Numbered from the stretch's first letter, positions 25,947-37,215 are shown. The stretch is DNA of 64,000 bases from Candidatus Latescibacterota bacterium (GCA_965248265.1 CBDFJF010000001.1:448001-512000), one strand, 5' to 3'. Program-made: numbers and translations. Notes: generated by a model not told the origin, from the sequence alone.

Positions 25947-27641
25947 ATGGCGTCATCGACCAAGGCCGCATCCAGGAAGAAGGGCAAGGCCCCTGCCAAG
26001 TCCAAGCGTCCGCGCGGATCCGGAAAGCCGGCCGCCGTCGAGGCAACGGCGGATTCGTCCAAACCACCGAAGCCCAAAACCAGCGGCAACGGCAAGGCCA
26101 CTGCGCAAACCATGGCGCTCAAGCAGCGCGAGATTTCCGTCTCCGAGTTCTTCAGTCGCAACCGTCATCTGCTCGGCTTCGACAATCCGCGGCGCGCCCT
26201 GTTGACCGGGGTCAAGGAAGCGGTCGACAAGAGCCTCGACGCCTGCGAAGAGGCTGGCATCCTGCCGCAGCTCATGGTCGAAATCGAATCAACCGCCGAA
26301 GACCGTTACATCATGCGGGTTCAGGACAACGGACCCGGAATCGTGAAGACGCAGATTCCGAATATCTTCGGTAAGCTGCTATACGGTTCGAAGTTCCATC
26401 GTCTGCGCATGTCACGTGGTCAGCAGGGGATCGGCATCTCGGCCGCCAGCATGTACGGCCAACTCACCACGGGTAAACCGACGCGGATCATTTCCCGCAT
26501 CAGCACCCGCCGGCCGGCACACCAGTACGAGATCGTCATCAACACGACCAAGAACAAACCCGAAGTCATCCGTGATATAGAGATCGAAGGTGATGAGTAC
26601 CGGCGGGGCACGATGGTAGAGATAGAAATGGAGGCGCGCTATCTCAAGGGGCGGCAGTCCGTCGACGAGTACCTCAGGCAGACGGTGTTGACGAATCCCC
26701 ATATGGAGTTGCTCTTCCGGGCTCCTGACGGCACGGAGACAGTCTACGAGCGCTCAACCAGGGACCTGCCGCAGGAGACGATCGAAGTAAAGCCGCATCC
26801 ACATGGAGTTGAGCTGGGTGCACTGATGAAGATGATGCAGGATACGCCATCCCGCACCGTGCAAGCGTTTCTGACCAGCGAATTCTGCAGGGTGTCGACA
26901 AGGGTCGCAAAAGAGTTCTGCGACACGGCACAGATTCGGCCCACGGCTCGCCCCAAGAGCATAGCCCGAGAGGAGACGGACCGCCTCTACAAGGCGATCA
27001 ACAATACGAAACTGATGAAGCCGCCGACCAATTGTATCGTACCGATTGGAGAAGAGCTGGTGTTGAGCAGTCTTCAGCAGAACGTCGAGGCCGAGTTCTT
27101 CACCTCGACGACGAGGCCACCGGCCGTGTACCGTGGCAATCCGTTTCAAATTGAAGTGGCGATGGCCTACGGTGGCGACATCGATCCCGAGGGGACGCTG
27201 ACGCTGATGCGTTTCGCCAACCGCGTCCCTCTACTGTATCAACAGGCCGCGTGTGCGATAACGAAGAGTGTGATTGACGTGGACTGGCGCAAGTACCGGA
27301 TGAGCCAGAGCGGCAACGCGTTGCCGACGGGTCCCCTGGTGGTACTCGTGCACATGGCCTCGGTGTGGGTGCCGTTCACCTCCGAAAGCAAGGAAGCCGT
27401 CGCCCATTATCCGGAGATCATCAAGGAGATTCGCCTGGCACTGCAGGAGTGCGGGCGGAGAGTGGGTGAGCATTTGGGTCGCCAGCGCCGAGCCGAGGAA
27501 GCCGAGCGCAAGCGCGATTACATTCAGAGTTACATCGGCCACATAGCTGACGCTATTCAGGAGATTACCGGCGACAGCGAGCGCAAACGCAACACCGTGG
27601 AAAAGTCGTTGCGTACGATTTTGGAGAGGAGCCGCTCATGA
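25947..27641 (+). CDS. top6B: DNA topoisomerase VI subunit B
   Basis: [50 protein letters not shown]; Lys-rich N-terminal extension. Confidence 0.93.
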   Translation: MASSTKAASRKKGKAPAKSKRPRGSGKPAAVEATADSSKPPKPKTSGNGKATAQTMALKQREISVSEFFSRNRHLLGFDNPRRALLTGVKEAVDKSLDACEEAGILPQLMVEIESTAEDRYIMRVQDNGPGIVKTQIPNIFGKLLYGSKFHRLRMSRGQQGIGISAASMYGQLTTGKPTRIISRISTRRPAHQYEIVINTTKNKPEVIRDIEIEGDEYRRGTMVEIEMEARYLKGRQSVDEYLRQTVLTNPHMELLFRAPDGTETVYERSTRDLPQETIEVKPHPHGVELGALMKMMQDTPSRTVQAFLTSEFCRVSTRVAKEFCDTAQIRPTARPKSIAREETDRLYKAINNTKLMKPPTNCIVPIGEELVLSSLQQNVEAEFFTSTTRPPAVYRGNPFQIEVAMAYGGDIDPEGTLTLMRFANRVPLLYQQAACAITKSVIDVDWRKYRMSQSGNALPTGPLVVLVHMASVWVPFTSESKEAVAHYPEIIKEIRLALQECGRRVGEHLGRQRRAEEAERKRDYIQSYIGHIADAIQEITGDSERKRNTVEKSLRTILERSRS

Positions 27642-28723
27642 GCGCGCTGGTGAAGAGGATCGAGAAGGAAGCGAAGAGCATTCGTGACAAGATTCTGAAG
27701 AAGCAGAAGCCGTCGATGAAGTTTCCTCTGCGCAGCCTGAGCAACGTGCGTTTCGATCCCAAGGCCGGGTACTTCGAGATGGGACGCAAGACGAAGGAGC
27801 GTACGCTGGCGGTGGCCAGCGTTAAGACGTTCGCGCAGTCTCTCAAGATGGTGTCTCTGTCGAAGAGATTGATCGAGACCGACGACATAGCAACGAAGAG
27901 AGAGGCCTATTACGTCGCCAAGGGCTGGGATCCAGAGATGCGCTTCAGTGAGCAAGATGAGTCGGATACTGTCCTCGACGACATCGAGGCCTTTCTTCGT
28001 GTCAATCGAGAGCAGTTGGGGTTCGTACCCGAGGAAAAGGGTGGTGAGGTCGCCGGCAATTTGACCGTCATTGACCAGGACAGTGATAGCGGAGACGAGC
28101 TCGAGATCGACTGCACGAAGTTCGGGTCCGGGGCTTACTCGATCCCGATCTCGGTCGAGCACCTGGGTTTTCGCTCAGACGCCAAGTTCGTCCTCGCGAT
28201 CGAGACCGCCGGCATGTTTCAGCGCCTGTGCAAGCATAACTACTGGCGCACGGCCGAGTGCATCCTGGTGTCCATGGGAGGAGTGCCGACGCGGGCGACG
28301 CGCCGGTTCATCCGGCGTCTGTCCGACGAGCTCAAGATTCCGGTTTACGCATTCGTCGACTGCGACCCCTACGGCATCTGCAACATCTACCGCACGCTGA
28401 AGGTGGGCTCAGGCAACGCCGCCCACCTGAACGAGTTTTTCTGTGTGCCCAAAGCCCGTTTTCTCGGAGTGACCCCCGACGATATCGATACCTACAGTCT
28501 GCCGACGCATCCGATGACGGAGGTCGACATCAAGCGGATTGATGACGCCCTCAAGAATGATCCGTTCGTTCAACACTACAAGCGATGGCAGGAGGCATTG
28601 ACGGGGCTCAAGCAGCGAGGGGAGCGTGCGGAACAACAGGCGTTCGCGGTGCATGATCTGAATCATGTGATTAATACTTATTTACCGGAGAAATTGGAGA
28701 GTGCTGGGGCGTTTTTGCCGTAG
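27638..28723 (+). CDS. top6A: DNA topoisomerase VI subunit A (Spo11-like)
   Basis: TKREAYY (catalytic Tyr), QDESD, Toprim IETAG and DCDPYG, AEQQA; ATGA overlap with subunit B. Confidence 0.93.
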   Translation: MSALVKRIEKEAKSIRDKILKKQKPSMKFPLRSLSNVRFDPKAGYFEMGRKTKERTLAVASVKTFAQSLKMVSLSKRLIETDDIATKREAYYVAKGWDPEMRFSEQDESDTVLDDIEAFLRVNREQLGFVPEEKGGEVAGNLTVIDQDSDSGDELEIDCTKFGSGAYSIPISVEHLGFRSDAKFVLAIETAGMFQRLCKHNYWRTAECILVSMGGVPTRATRRFIRRLSDELKIPVYAFVDCDPYGICNIYRTLKVGSGNAAHLNEFFCVPKARFLGVTPDDIDTYSLPTHPMTEVDIKRIDDALKNDPFVQHYKRWQEALTGLKQRGERAEQQAFAVHDLNHVINTYLPEKLESAGAFLP

Positions 28724-28725
28724 GA

Positions 28726-28862
28726 GGGAGCGTCGTGTGTGACGACTGCGCTTAACCTCGGCGATCCATCCATGGATCGCCGAGCATCGGCTGTTGCCTC
28801 GCTTCGCAGTCCTGCTACGCGAGGCAACAGAGCGACGCTTCGTCGTCACACACGACGCTCCC
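28726..28862. repeat. REPIN/MITE-like cruciform element
   Basis: Perfect 21-bp terminal inverted repeat GGGAGCGTCGTGTGTGACGAC, enclosing two 12-bp hairpins. Confidence 0.75.
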
Positions 28863-28894
28863 CATCGCAAAAGCTCGGGGGCACTGTACGGGAA

Positions 28895-29030
28895 AGCTGA
28901 ACCAAGCCAAACCAAACCAAAGGCAAACCAACCCAGCCGAATTCCTCCAGCCGACAACCAGACAAGGAACCAAAACGAAGAGCCTGAAACCACACCAAGA
29001 CCCAAAACCAAACCAGAACCAAGACCAACC
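28895..29030 (+). repeat. Low-complexity CCAAA/CCAAGA-rich tract
   Basis: Degenerate repeats such as CCAAACCAAACCAAA and CCAAAACCAAAACCAGAACCAAGACC. Confidence 0.45.
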
Positions 29031-29165
29031 TGAGCGAACTACAGGGTCGAGCTACCCAACCCAAAAGTACACAACACCATGGAGCATCGTGACCAACACA
29101 GGCGCCCCAAAGGCCCCCAACGAGGTTCCATGCCTGATAGTGGTATTTCATGCAGGTAAACTCTG

Positions 29166-29624
29166 ATGGTGACGGCACACACATTCTTGGTGGCTTCGAG
29201 TGTGGTAGTTGTGGTGGTCATGGGTTGCGGATCTTTCGCGGGGGTACCGGAGGCCGAGGAGTTTACAATTTCTTTCGGAACGGGAGGTGGGTTCGTGGGG
29301 TTGTATGAGGGGTGCCGATTGCATTCTTCTGGAGCGGCAGAGCGTTGGAGGAAGGTGGGGGCTGGTGAGGAGCAGGTTCTGTGGAGTGGGGATGTGTCGG
29401 TTGAAACAGCAGCTGGGTGGCGGGATAGATTGGTGGAGGGTGGGGCGTTGCAGGTGGTGGAGCGAGGGACCGGCAACATGACAACGCGGGTGACCTACAC
29501 GCGCGGCGACACTACCTTGGGCTGGTCGTGGCCGGTAACGGCAGGCGAGGATGGGCAGGTGCAACCACTTCGACAATGGCACCAAGAGTTCGCCGAGTTT
29601 TGCAGGAATTTGAGTGAGGAATAG
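29166..29624 (+). CDS. Putative lipoprotein, possibly emfourin-like M4 protease inhibitor
   Basis: Hydrophobic N-terminus with VMGC, ISFGTGGGFVG motif, ends 3 nt before an M4 peptidase gene. Confidence 0.45.
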   Translation: MVTAHTFLVASSVVVVVVMGCGSFAGVPEAEEFTISFGTGGGFVGLYEGCRLHSSGAAERWRKVGAGEEQVLWSGDVSVETAAGWRDRLVEGGALQVVERGTGNMTTRVTYTRGDTTLGWSWPVTAGEDGQVQPLRQWHQEFAEFCRNLSEE

Positions 29625-29627
29625 CTA

Positions 29628-32600
29628 ATGCCGGAATGGTCTCGAACCAGATCCAGCTTGAGTGGTCGTCGACAGAGTCTGACAACGCTTCGCCTGGGTG
29701 GAATAGCATTGATGCTGGTGGTGGGCATGATACCATCTGGCGTTTTCGGGGCCTGGAAAGTCAAGCCGGCCCTGTACGAAGCGAATAGTGGTCAGTCGGT
29801 TTCGCGCCATGAGCTGGTCAGGGCGAGCTCGCTGCTGCGGGAGCAGATCGCAGCGGGTCAAAGACGTGCTTTCATGGCAGGCAAGCAGCTGGCACCTCGG
29901 CCGTCGCAGTTGTCGAGTGTCGTTGGCAACGGCCGTGGCCAGAGCTTGAGGTTGCCCGGAGTGGTGGCCGAGGGTTGGGACATCGTCTGGAACGAGCGGA
30001 ACGGGACACCCGTTTTCATCTCGACTTCCGGTGCCGGCGGGATCGCTGGAAAGGCACTAGGAGATGGGACTCCAGGAGCCGCTCCCGACCATGCCGCACT
30101 GGAATTCATTCATGAGAACAGAAAGCTCTTCCGCCTTGACAACCCACTCGATGAGTTGTCCGTCGCCGCCATCAACACCGATCGATTCGGCAAACAGCAC
30201 ATCAGGTTCCGGCAGCAATACCAGGGTGTGCCAATGTGGAATCAGGAGATCGTCGCACATGTGGCGCCGACCGGGGTTGTGTACGCGATCAACGGTCGTT
30301 ACGTACCGACTCCGCGCGGATTGCCGGCAGTGGATTCGGTGATCACGGCGCCGGAAGCGATCGATGTGGCACGGGGGGAGCTGGGGTCGCGGAGTCGCAT
30401 CAGCGACCTGAGTCCGAAATCAATGGCGTTGTTACAATACGATGGACCCAAGGCCGGTCAGTGTATCTGGGTGCATCCCGACACCGATAAGCCTCACCTG
30501 GTGTGGCATGTAGTCATTCGGCCGAATCTCCGAGATCGCTGGTACTACTTTGTGGATGCCCACACTGGCGAGATTTTGCAGCGCTACAATGCCACCGCAA
30601 CCGAGGGACCGACGACGGCGCAAGCTAGCGATCTTTTCGGGAATACTCAGACGTTGCAGGTATACGAGGTGTCCGACGCGTTCGTCATGATCGACGCATC
30701 CCGGCCGATGTTTCAGGAAGTGCAGCCGAACATCCTCAACAATCCCCTCGGAGTGATCTGGACACTGGATGCGCAAGGTACGGACCTGGGTGCGCGCAAC
30801 GAGGTCTTCCACGTGTTCACCGAAGACAACGTGTGGACGGACGCAACCGCTGTCTCCGCCCACACTAACACGGCGCAGGTGTTCGAGTACTTTCTGAACA
30901 CGCATGGCCGTCTGGGTATCGATGGCGTCGGTGGTACGATGATCTCGATTGTGCATGTGACGGAGGAAGGCGAGCCCATGGAAAACGCCTTCTGGAATGG
31001 CATAGTCATGGCCTACGGTGATGGCGACGTGGTGTTTTCGCCGTTAGCCGGTGCCCGTGATGTCGCCGGACACGAAATGACGCACGGTGTCATCGAGCGC
31101 ACCGTGAACCTGGAGTACGCTTTTCAGTCGGGTGCGTTGAACGAATCGTTCGCGGATGTGTTCGGGGCTATGGTCGACCGTGAAGACTGGCAGATAGGCG
31201 AGGACATCACCAACCCCAGTTTTTTCAGTACCGGTGCACTGCGCGATCTATCCAATCCAAACAACGGCGGTAGTCGCGGCGACAATGGCTGGCAGCCGGC
31301 CCACATGGATGAGTTCGTCGAGCTCGACATCGATACGGATAACGGCGGTGTGCATGTCAACAGTGGCATCCCCAATCGGGCCTGCTTTCTGATCGCGGAC
31401 GCCATCGGTCGCGAGAAGACAGAGCAGATCTACTACCGCATTCTGGACGCGCGCTACCTGAATTCGAGGGCAAACTTCTTCGACATGCGCCTGGCGGCAA
31501 GGCGCGCCGCCGCCGAACTGTTCGGCGATCCCTCCGCCGAGCTCGATGCCGTCGAGTCCGCCTTCGACGCGGTCGGAATCGAGGGTTTCGAGGGGCTGCA
31601 GGCTCCCGAGGACATCGCGCCGCGGGAAGGCGAGCGACGCATAGCCTTCGTCAATTCCGAGGACGGCAACACGCTCTACCTGGCGAGTTCCGAGGCATCC
31701 GGAGAAGACGTGTTGATCAAGCTATCCGATACCGAAGTGTCGACGGTAAGTGGCAACCCGGTCACCGTTTCCGCCGACGGGTCCCTAATCCTGTTTGTCG
31801 ATGCCGATTTTAATCTGCGTCTGGTGCGCTCGGACGGCAGTCGCGAGCTGATCGTCAGTGACACCGGTACCTGGCGGTCGTTGGCGTTGTCTCCGGACGG
31901 GCGCAAACTGGCAACGACGACGGTTTTCGCGGACACGACCATTTTCATCCTCGACCTCGTCGACCCGGATGCCACTCAGTCGATCAAGCTATCCAGTCCG
32001 ACCACACAGGACGAGTTGGAGGCGAATGTGGTCGTCTTCGCCGATGCCATGGGTTGGGATCCCAATGGGGATCTTCTCATCTACGACGCTTACAACGTAA
32101 TTCCGCAGGCAGACGGCGACCCGATTGCGTACTGGGATGTGAACATTCTCAACGTCGCAGAGGAGGTTATTGTGCCACTGTTTCCTCCTCAGGCGGCCGG
32201 TCTACAACTGGGTAATCCATCCTTCGCCAACACCAACGAGTCTTTCATAGTCTTCGATTTCCTTGATGCTGAGAACGATTTCAACCAGATCATCGTGTTC
32301 GATCTGTTTACCGGTGAAGGTACGGTTCTGGAAACTGGTGACGTACTTGGTTTTCCGAGCTTTTCGCCCGATGACACGGAGCTGATCTTCGAACGCCGCG
32401 ACGCCGACACGGACGCCCTGTCATTGGCGCGCATTCCGCTCTCCGAGGGACGACTGGAGACGACCGGAGCGACTGAAACGTTCCGGTTGAACTCCGAGTC
32501 GGCGCGCTGGTTCGTCGTTGAGGTTGAGGACCCGCCGACCGATGTCGACGAGGTTGAGTCTGACGGCTTGCCTGCCAGTCTGGCTCTCGAACAGAACTAT

Positions 32601-32871
32601 CCAAATCCCTTCAAACTCCAGTACCGTGATCCGCTATAGCCTGGTCGACGAGGGCTTCGTGTCGCTGGTGGTCTACGACCTGGTGGGCCGCCGCGTGGCA
32701 ACGGTTGTATCGGGCTACCAGAGCGAGGGCTTTCACACCGTCGGCTGGGACGGTGTGAACCAGCAGGGCCAGCCTGTGGCCAGTGGTGTCTACCTCTACG
32801 AGCTTGCCACGACGACCAGTGACGGCGCCCGGCAGACGAGCGAGGCACGCAAACTGGTGCTGTTGCGTTAG
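29628..32871 (+). CDS. Secreted M4 (thermolysin/bacillolysin) metallopeptidase with FTP/PepSY propeptide, beta-propeller and FlgD-Ig/T9SS-like CTD; frameshift at ~32613
   Basis: NAFWNG, HEMTH, GALNESFAD, DNGGVHVNSG. NYPNPF continues in another frame as NSSTVIRYSL...GFHTVGWDG...VASGVYLY...RKLVLLR. Confidence 0.88.
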
Positions 32872-32888
32872 CACGACGTGTTTCCTTA

Positions 32889-33602
32889 TCACACGGACAG
32901 TGCCACGCGGAAGCCGTAGTCGGTGAAGTGCCGGTCGGGCGGGATGCTGCTGCGTGCAGCGCAACGGGTCACCTTGATGCGGTGGCGCCATGAACCTCCG
33001 CGGGAGGCGCGACGTACGCCATCGGCAGGGCCTGCCGGGTTACGCTCGGGCGAATGGGCATAGTAGTCAGCTGAATACCAGTCTGAACACCATTCGTGAA
33101 CGAGATTGGCCATGTTGTGCAGGCCAAAATCGTTGGCCAGGTCCTGGCCTACGGGGTCTGGTTTCTCGATACCATCTCCCCTGTAGTGCGGATCATCCAT
33201 CCACTCGGGCAGTCCATCTCCCCACGGATAGTCCAATCCTTCCATCCCGCCACGGGAGGCTTTCTCCCGTTCAGCCTCGGTCGGCAGGCGGTATGGACAG
33301 CCGGTTCGGGCATCCATCCAGGCGCAATAATCGGCAGCATCGAACCAGTTGGTGGCGACGACGGGCTGTTCATCCGTCGAGAACCGAGGGTCATTCCAGT
33401 AGGGCGGTGAGGGACGATCGGTTGCGGCAAGGAAGGTGGCGTATTGTTTGCGAGTGACCGGGACGCGTGCTATGGCGAACTCGTCGACGAAGACTCGGTG
33501 CTCTGGCCGTTCATTCCTGCCGCCCGTTTCGCTGCCCATCAGGAACGTCCCGGCGGGAATGACAACGGCGTCTACTTCGATCATGGAGCCACACACAGTC
33601 AC
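32889..33602 (-). CDS. Formylglycine-generating enzyme (SUMF1/FGE-sulfatase) domain protein
   Basis: FLMGS, RLPTEAEREKASRGG, YPWG, NDFGLHNM, EWCSDWY, RGGSW, GFRV. Confidence 0.88.
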   Translation of the reverse strand: MTVCGSMIEVDAVVIPAGTFLMGSETGGRNERPEHRVFVDEFAIARVPVTRKQYATFLAATDRPSPPYWNDPRFSTDEQPVVATNWFDAADYCAWMDARTGCPYRLPTEAEREKASRGGMEGLDYPWGDGLPEWMDDPHYRGDGIEKPDPVGQDLANDFGLHNMANLVHEWCSDWYSADYYAHSPERNPAGPADGVRRASRGGSWRHRIKVTRCAARSSIPPDRHFTDYGFRVALSV

Positions 33603-35452
33603 CAGCGGAAATCAACGTCCGGCATTCGCAAGCTCTGGTTTTCGGCCTTCACTCCGAGCCTGGAAGCGAGGTGGTACAGGGGCCTGAGAGCATCGAGGGC
33701 GCGTGCTGTAGTGGAGACGTGGAACGCCGCCTGCTCACTGTTGTCGGAGCCCTCCTGCATCAGCTCTTCGAGGATCACCTCGATCGGTTCCTTCTCCCGA
33801 GGGAAAACAGTCAGATTGATCGCCGCGTCGTCCTCGAGACCAGCCTCCGAACGTGCCAATCGCAGTGCCACGGTGTACCCACCGAGAGCGTCGATCAATC
33901 CTCTGTCGACGGCATCAGCTCCGCTCCAGATTCGACCTTTGGCCGACTCCAGTACCGAGTCGAGGTCCAGGCCTCGGCCGTGTGCCACCTTGCCAGTGAA
34001 GTCGGCATAGATGTCGTCCATGAGGGCTTCGATCAAGCTCTCCTGCTCGGGCGAGTAGTCGTTCAAGCCCGACCAAATGCCAGCATTGGCACTCGTGCTC
34101 ACGGCATCCCAGGTGACGCCGGTATGCTCGCGCCAGAAAGCGCGGGTCAGCATCTTGCCCGTGACGACGCCGATCGATCCGGTTATCGTGCCCGGATGGG
34201 CGACTATCCGCGCCGCCGGTGCCGCCACGAAGTATCCGCCAGAGGCGGCCACATCACCCATCGACACGATCACCGGAATCCCCATTTCCCGGGCTCTGGA
34301 CACCTCGCGCCAGATCACATCCGACGCGACGTATGAGCCACCAGGAGAATTGACCCGGAACAGGATGGCCACCACGTTTTCGTCTCGGGTCGCCGCGCGC
34401 AGGGATGCGGCCACCGTGGTACTGCCCATCGAACCGGACTGTCCCAAAGGATCGTATTCGCTGCGGCCGCGGTGGATGGTGCCGACCCCGTAGATCAGGG
34501 CGATGGTCGGACCGTCGTCGTGTAAGCGGCCGGCGCGATCCAGGTACTTGTGCACGTAGAGTAGTTCGGCTCCGTTCGAGCGATCGCGTACGAGATCGAA
34601 GACCTGGTCACGGTACAACAGACTGTCGACCAGTCCGTTCGACACGGCGGCGGTGGCTCGAAGTGGACCCGCGTCGACCGTAGCGGACAGGTCCGAGTGC
34701 TCTATCCCACGCCGGGTGGAGATGCCACCGAGCATCTGGTCGAAGTGTGATTCCATGACGGCCGCGAGAGCTTCGCGATGAGCGTCCGTGAATCCCCGCC
34801 TTGTGAAAGAATCGGCCATGTTTTTGTACTGCTCGCGCTGAAAGAGGCGCGGCTCGACTTCGAGCTTGTCGAGGGTGCCGCGCAGGAAGGCGCTTTCGTA
34901 GATGAGGCCGGTCAGTCCGATGCCGCCCGAGGGTTGCAGGTAGATCTCGTCGAACGCGGTCGCCAGATAGTAGGCACCGTTGCCCGGTCCGAATTCACCG
35001 AACGACTCGGCAAAGGCCATGGTGAATTTGCCACTCTCACCAAAGGCCAGCGTGGCATCGCGCAACTCCTGAATCGTGCCCATACCCATGGGTGTGGCAC
35101 CGACCTTGGCGATCAATCCGAGAACACGCGGATCCTGACTGGCGCGCTCGAGCGCTTCGACAACGTCGCGCAGGACGGTCGGCCTCTCCTTGAGCTCCAG
35201 CGCCTGGGCGAAGGGGTCCTGTGGGACATGCTCAACGATGCGTTTTTCCAGGTTCAATTCGAGCACTACGCGCTCGGGCACCGTCTTGATCGCCGCTTCC
35301 TCCATCCCCGCGATCCCCGCCATCATCGTGAAGATGATCAAGCAAAAGAAGGCGAGGGTGATGGCGCCGATACCGACGAGCATGGGCACGACCACCTTCT
35401 TGAAAAACCAGGCAACGCCGCCGAAGATGCGTTCGATCAATGCGTTCATCAT
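33599..35452 (-). CDS. sppA: Signal peptide peptidase SppA (protease IV, 67K type)
   Basis: Tandem S49 domains, RVNSPGGS, SMGDVAASGGY, ITGSIGV, GRIWSG. Confidence 0.92.
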   Translation of the reverse strand: MMNALIERIFGGVAWFFKKVVVPMLVGIGAITLAFFCLIIFTMMAGIAGMEEAAIKTVPERVVLELNLEKRIVEHVPQDPFAQALELKERPTVLRDVVEALERASQDPRVLGLIAKVGATPMGMGTIQELRDATLAFGESGKFTMAFAESFGEFGPGNGAYYLATAFDEIYLQPSGGIGLTGLIYESAFLRGTLDKLEVEPRLFQREQYKNMADSFTRRGFTDAHREALAAVMESHFDQMLGGISTRRGIEHSDLSATVDAGPLRATAAVSNGLVDSLLYRDQVFDLVRDRSNGAELLYVHKYLDRAGRLHDDGPTIALIYGVGTIHRGRSEYDPLGQSGSMGSTTVAASLRAATRDENVVAILFRVNSPGGSYVASDVIWREVSRAREMGIPVIVSMGDVAASGGYFVAAPAARIVAHPGTITGSIGVVTGKMLTRAFWREHTGVTWDAVSTSANAGIWSGLNDYSPEQESLIEALMDDIYADFTGKVAHGRGLDLDSVLESAKGRIWSGADAVDRGLIDALGGYTVALRLARSEAGLEDDAAINLTVFPREKEPIEVILEELMQEGSDNSEQAAFHVSTTARALDALRPLYHLASRLGVKAENQSLRMPDVDFRW

Positions 35453-35496
35453 CTACCCTTTCACTAGGAGCCTGCCCGAGTATCCCATTTGGACTG

Positions 35497-36141
35497 CTAC
35501 AGAGCGTCGAGCCACTGCCGCATTTGTGCCGGATCCTCTCCGAACATCAGTGATCCAGGGACAATGTAGTCAGCGCCGGCAGCCTTGAGCAGCGGCACGG
35601 TGTGCCGGCGAATGCCGGCGTCGGCCTCGATTTCCACGCTCAGACCGCGTTCGGCGACGATCTGGCGGCAACGGGCGATGCGCGCCGGCACTGAAGGATC
35701 CATGCCAACACCCTTGTTCCCGCTGTCCGTGCCCATGATGGTGACCAAGCTGATTTGCTCCCAGTACGGTTCCAACAGATCAAGGGAGTCAGCTACCCGC
35801 AGGGAGATCCCCACTTGCTTCCCGTGCGTGTGAACCCGGTCGATCATGGCGAAGCCGTCCTCGTCGCCGCCCGAATTCAAGTAGAAGATGAAGACATCGC
35901 CCCCCGCATCCACGAACGGATCGACCCACCTGCCCGGATCCTCGGTAATCAGATGGACCTCGAAAGGAAGGTTCGTGTGTGGCCGCATGGCCTTCACCAG
36001 GTCGGGGAAGAACAGAAACTTGTCGATGAAACAGCCGTCGGCGACATCGAGGTGGAAGCGCTCGCTGTAGGGTTCCACCCGTTTGATTTCCGCGGCCAGG
36101 TTGGATAGATCCGCCGACCAAAGGGACGTCGAACATTTCAT
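35497..36141 (-). CDS. Ribulose-phosphate 3-epimerase family protein
   Basis: FHLDVADG, EVHL, IEADAG, GS motifs. Confidence 0.88.
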   Translation of the reverse strand: MKCSTSLWSADLSNLAAEIKRVEPYSERFHLDVADGCFIDKFLFFPDLVKAMRPHTNLPFEVHLITEDPGRWVDPFVDAGGDVFIFYLNSGGDEDGFAMIDRVHTHGKQVGISLRVADSLDLLEPYWEQISLVTIMGTDSGNKGVGMDPSVPARIARCRQIVAERGLSVEIEADAGIRRHTVPLLKAAGADYIVPGSLMFGEDPAQMRQWLDAL

Positions 36142-36174
36142 TGCGAGAGCCTATTCTTTGGTATAAATGGCAGT

Positions 36175-37011
36175 TTAAATCGGATCGCCTAAATGGGATT
36201 GGATGAAGGAGACGCTCTGCGGAGCTTGCTCTTCCGTGAGACCGTGCAGGATGAACGGGACATTGGGATATACTTCGGCGAGCAGATTTAAGTACAGTGG
36301 ATAATTCAGGACGCCTGTGCCGGCGGCCACATTGCCGGCTTCCCCATCGCGCTCCAGGTCCTTGCCATGCGCCAGTACGGTATCGGAACCCAACGATGCA
36401 AAGGCTTGGCGCAGCATTTCATCCATGCGCGGCAGCTCTCCCTCGTGGAAGATATTGGCTCCGTCCATGACGACGTTGAGTCGCGATGACCCAACCTCGT
36501 CGATGATCCGTCGCGCCTTCAGAGCCGAATCGACGACGTTGGAAACTTCCGGTTCGAGGGCCAGGTCAACGCCAAACTCCTCTGCATAACCGGCGGCTTC
36601 CCTCATCGACGCAACGGCTTCGTCCCAAGCCTGCGGTGTGTCGTTGTCCGGATGGTGGCCCCACAGGTATTCGGCATTACGTGTTCCCGTACACAGGGTT
36701 ACAACGGAGGTGCCCAGGTGTTGACAGGACCCGATGATCTGGCGCAACCGTTGGAAACCGCGCCTTCGCTCCGCCATATCCGGATGAATGATGTTGAAGG
36801 TCCCTGAGACGGCGGCGACCGAGACTCCGGATTCAGCAGCGGCCTTGGCCACACGCTCACACAGTTGATCGCCGATGCTGTCGGGCATGCCGGATAAACC
36901 GGCCGTTTCCCAGTTGAACTGGACGCACGTCAAGCCATGAGAGGCAACGGCCTCGAAGGTCTCCTCGAGGCTCTCGCGCGGGAAGGTTTTCGAGAATATA
37001 CCCAGTTCCAC
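36175..37011 (-). CDS. Sugar phosphate isomerase/epimerase (xylose isomerase-like TIM barrel)
   Basis: LALEPE, MDGAN, HGKD, AGTG motifs. Confidence 0.85.
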   Translation of the reverse strand: MELGIFSKTFPRESLEETFEAVASHGLTCVQFNWETAGLSGMPDSIGDQLCERVAKAAAESGVSVAAVSGTFNIIHPDMAERRRGFQRLRQIIGSCQHLGTSVVTLCTGTRNAEYLWGHHPDNDTPQAWDEAVASMREAAGYAEEFGVDLALEPEVSNVVDSALKARRIIDEVGSSRLNVVMDGANIFHEGELPRMDEMLRQAFASLGSDTVLAHGKDLERDGEAGNVAAGTGVLNYPLYLNLLAEVYPNVPFILHGLTEEQAPQSVSFIQSHLGDPI

Positions 37012-37215
37012 CTAGTGTCCCGTCGCAGAAATAGGTTGACAAAATTCGGCCGCCGATGCGACCTGCTCGCAAGGCGCCTGAGCGAGTCGTATCAGTGGGA
37101 TACGGCGAGCGAAGGCGCTCAGGGACGAGGCCGAACTCCAAGAGTTCGGTCCCACGCCGCGAGCGGGGATGGATCGGCGGAAGAATGTCGACATATTTCT
37201 GCGACGGGACACTAG
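37012..37215. mobile_element. MITE (non-autonomous, IS5-like) flanked by CTAG
   Basis: Perfect 22-bp inverted termini CTAGTGTCCCGTCGCAGAAATA with imperfect extension; no transposase; sits exactly between a stop and a start codon. Confidence 0.8.

Noticed and set aside
28895-29030. CRISPR array
   Set aside because: Repeats are short and degenerate without unique spacers, and there are no cas genes in the window.
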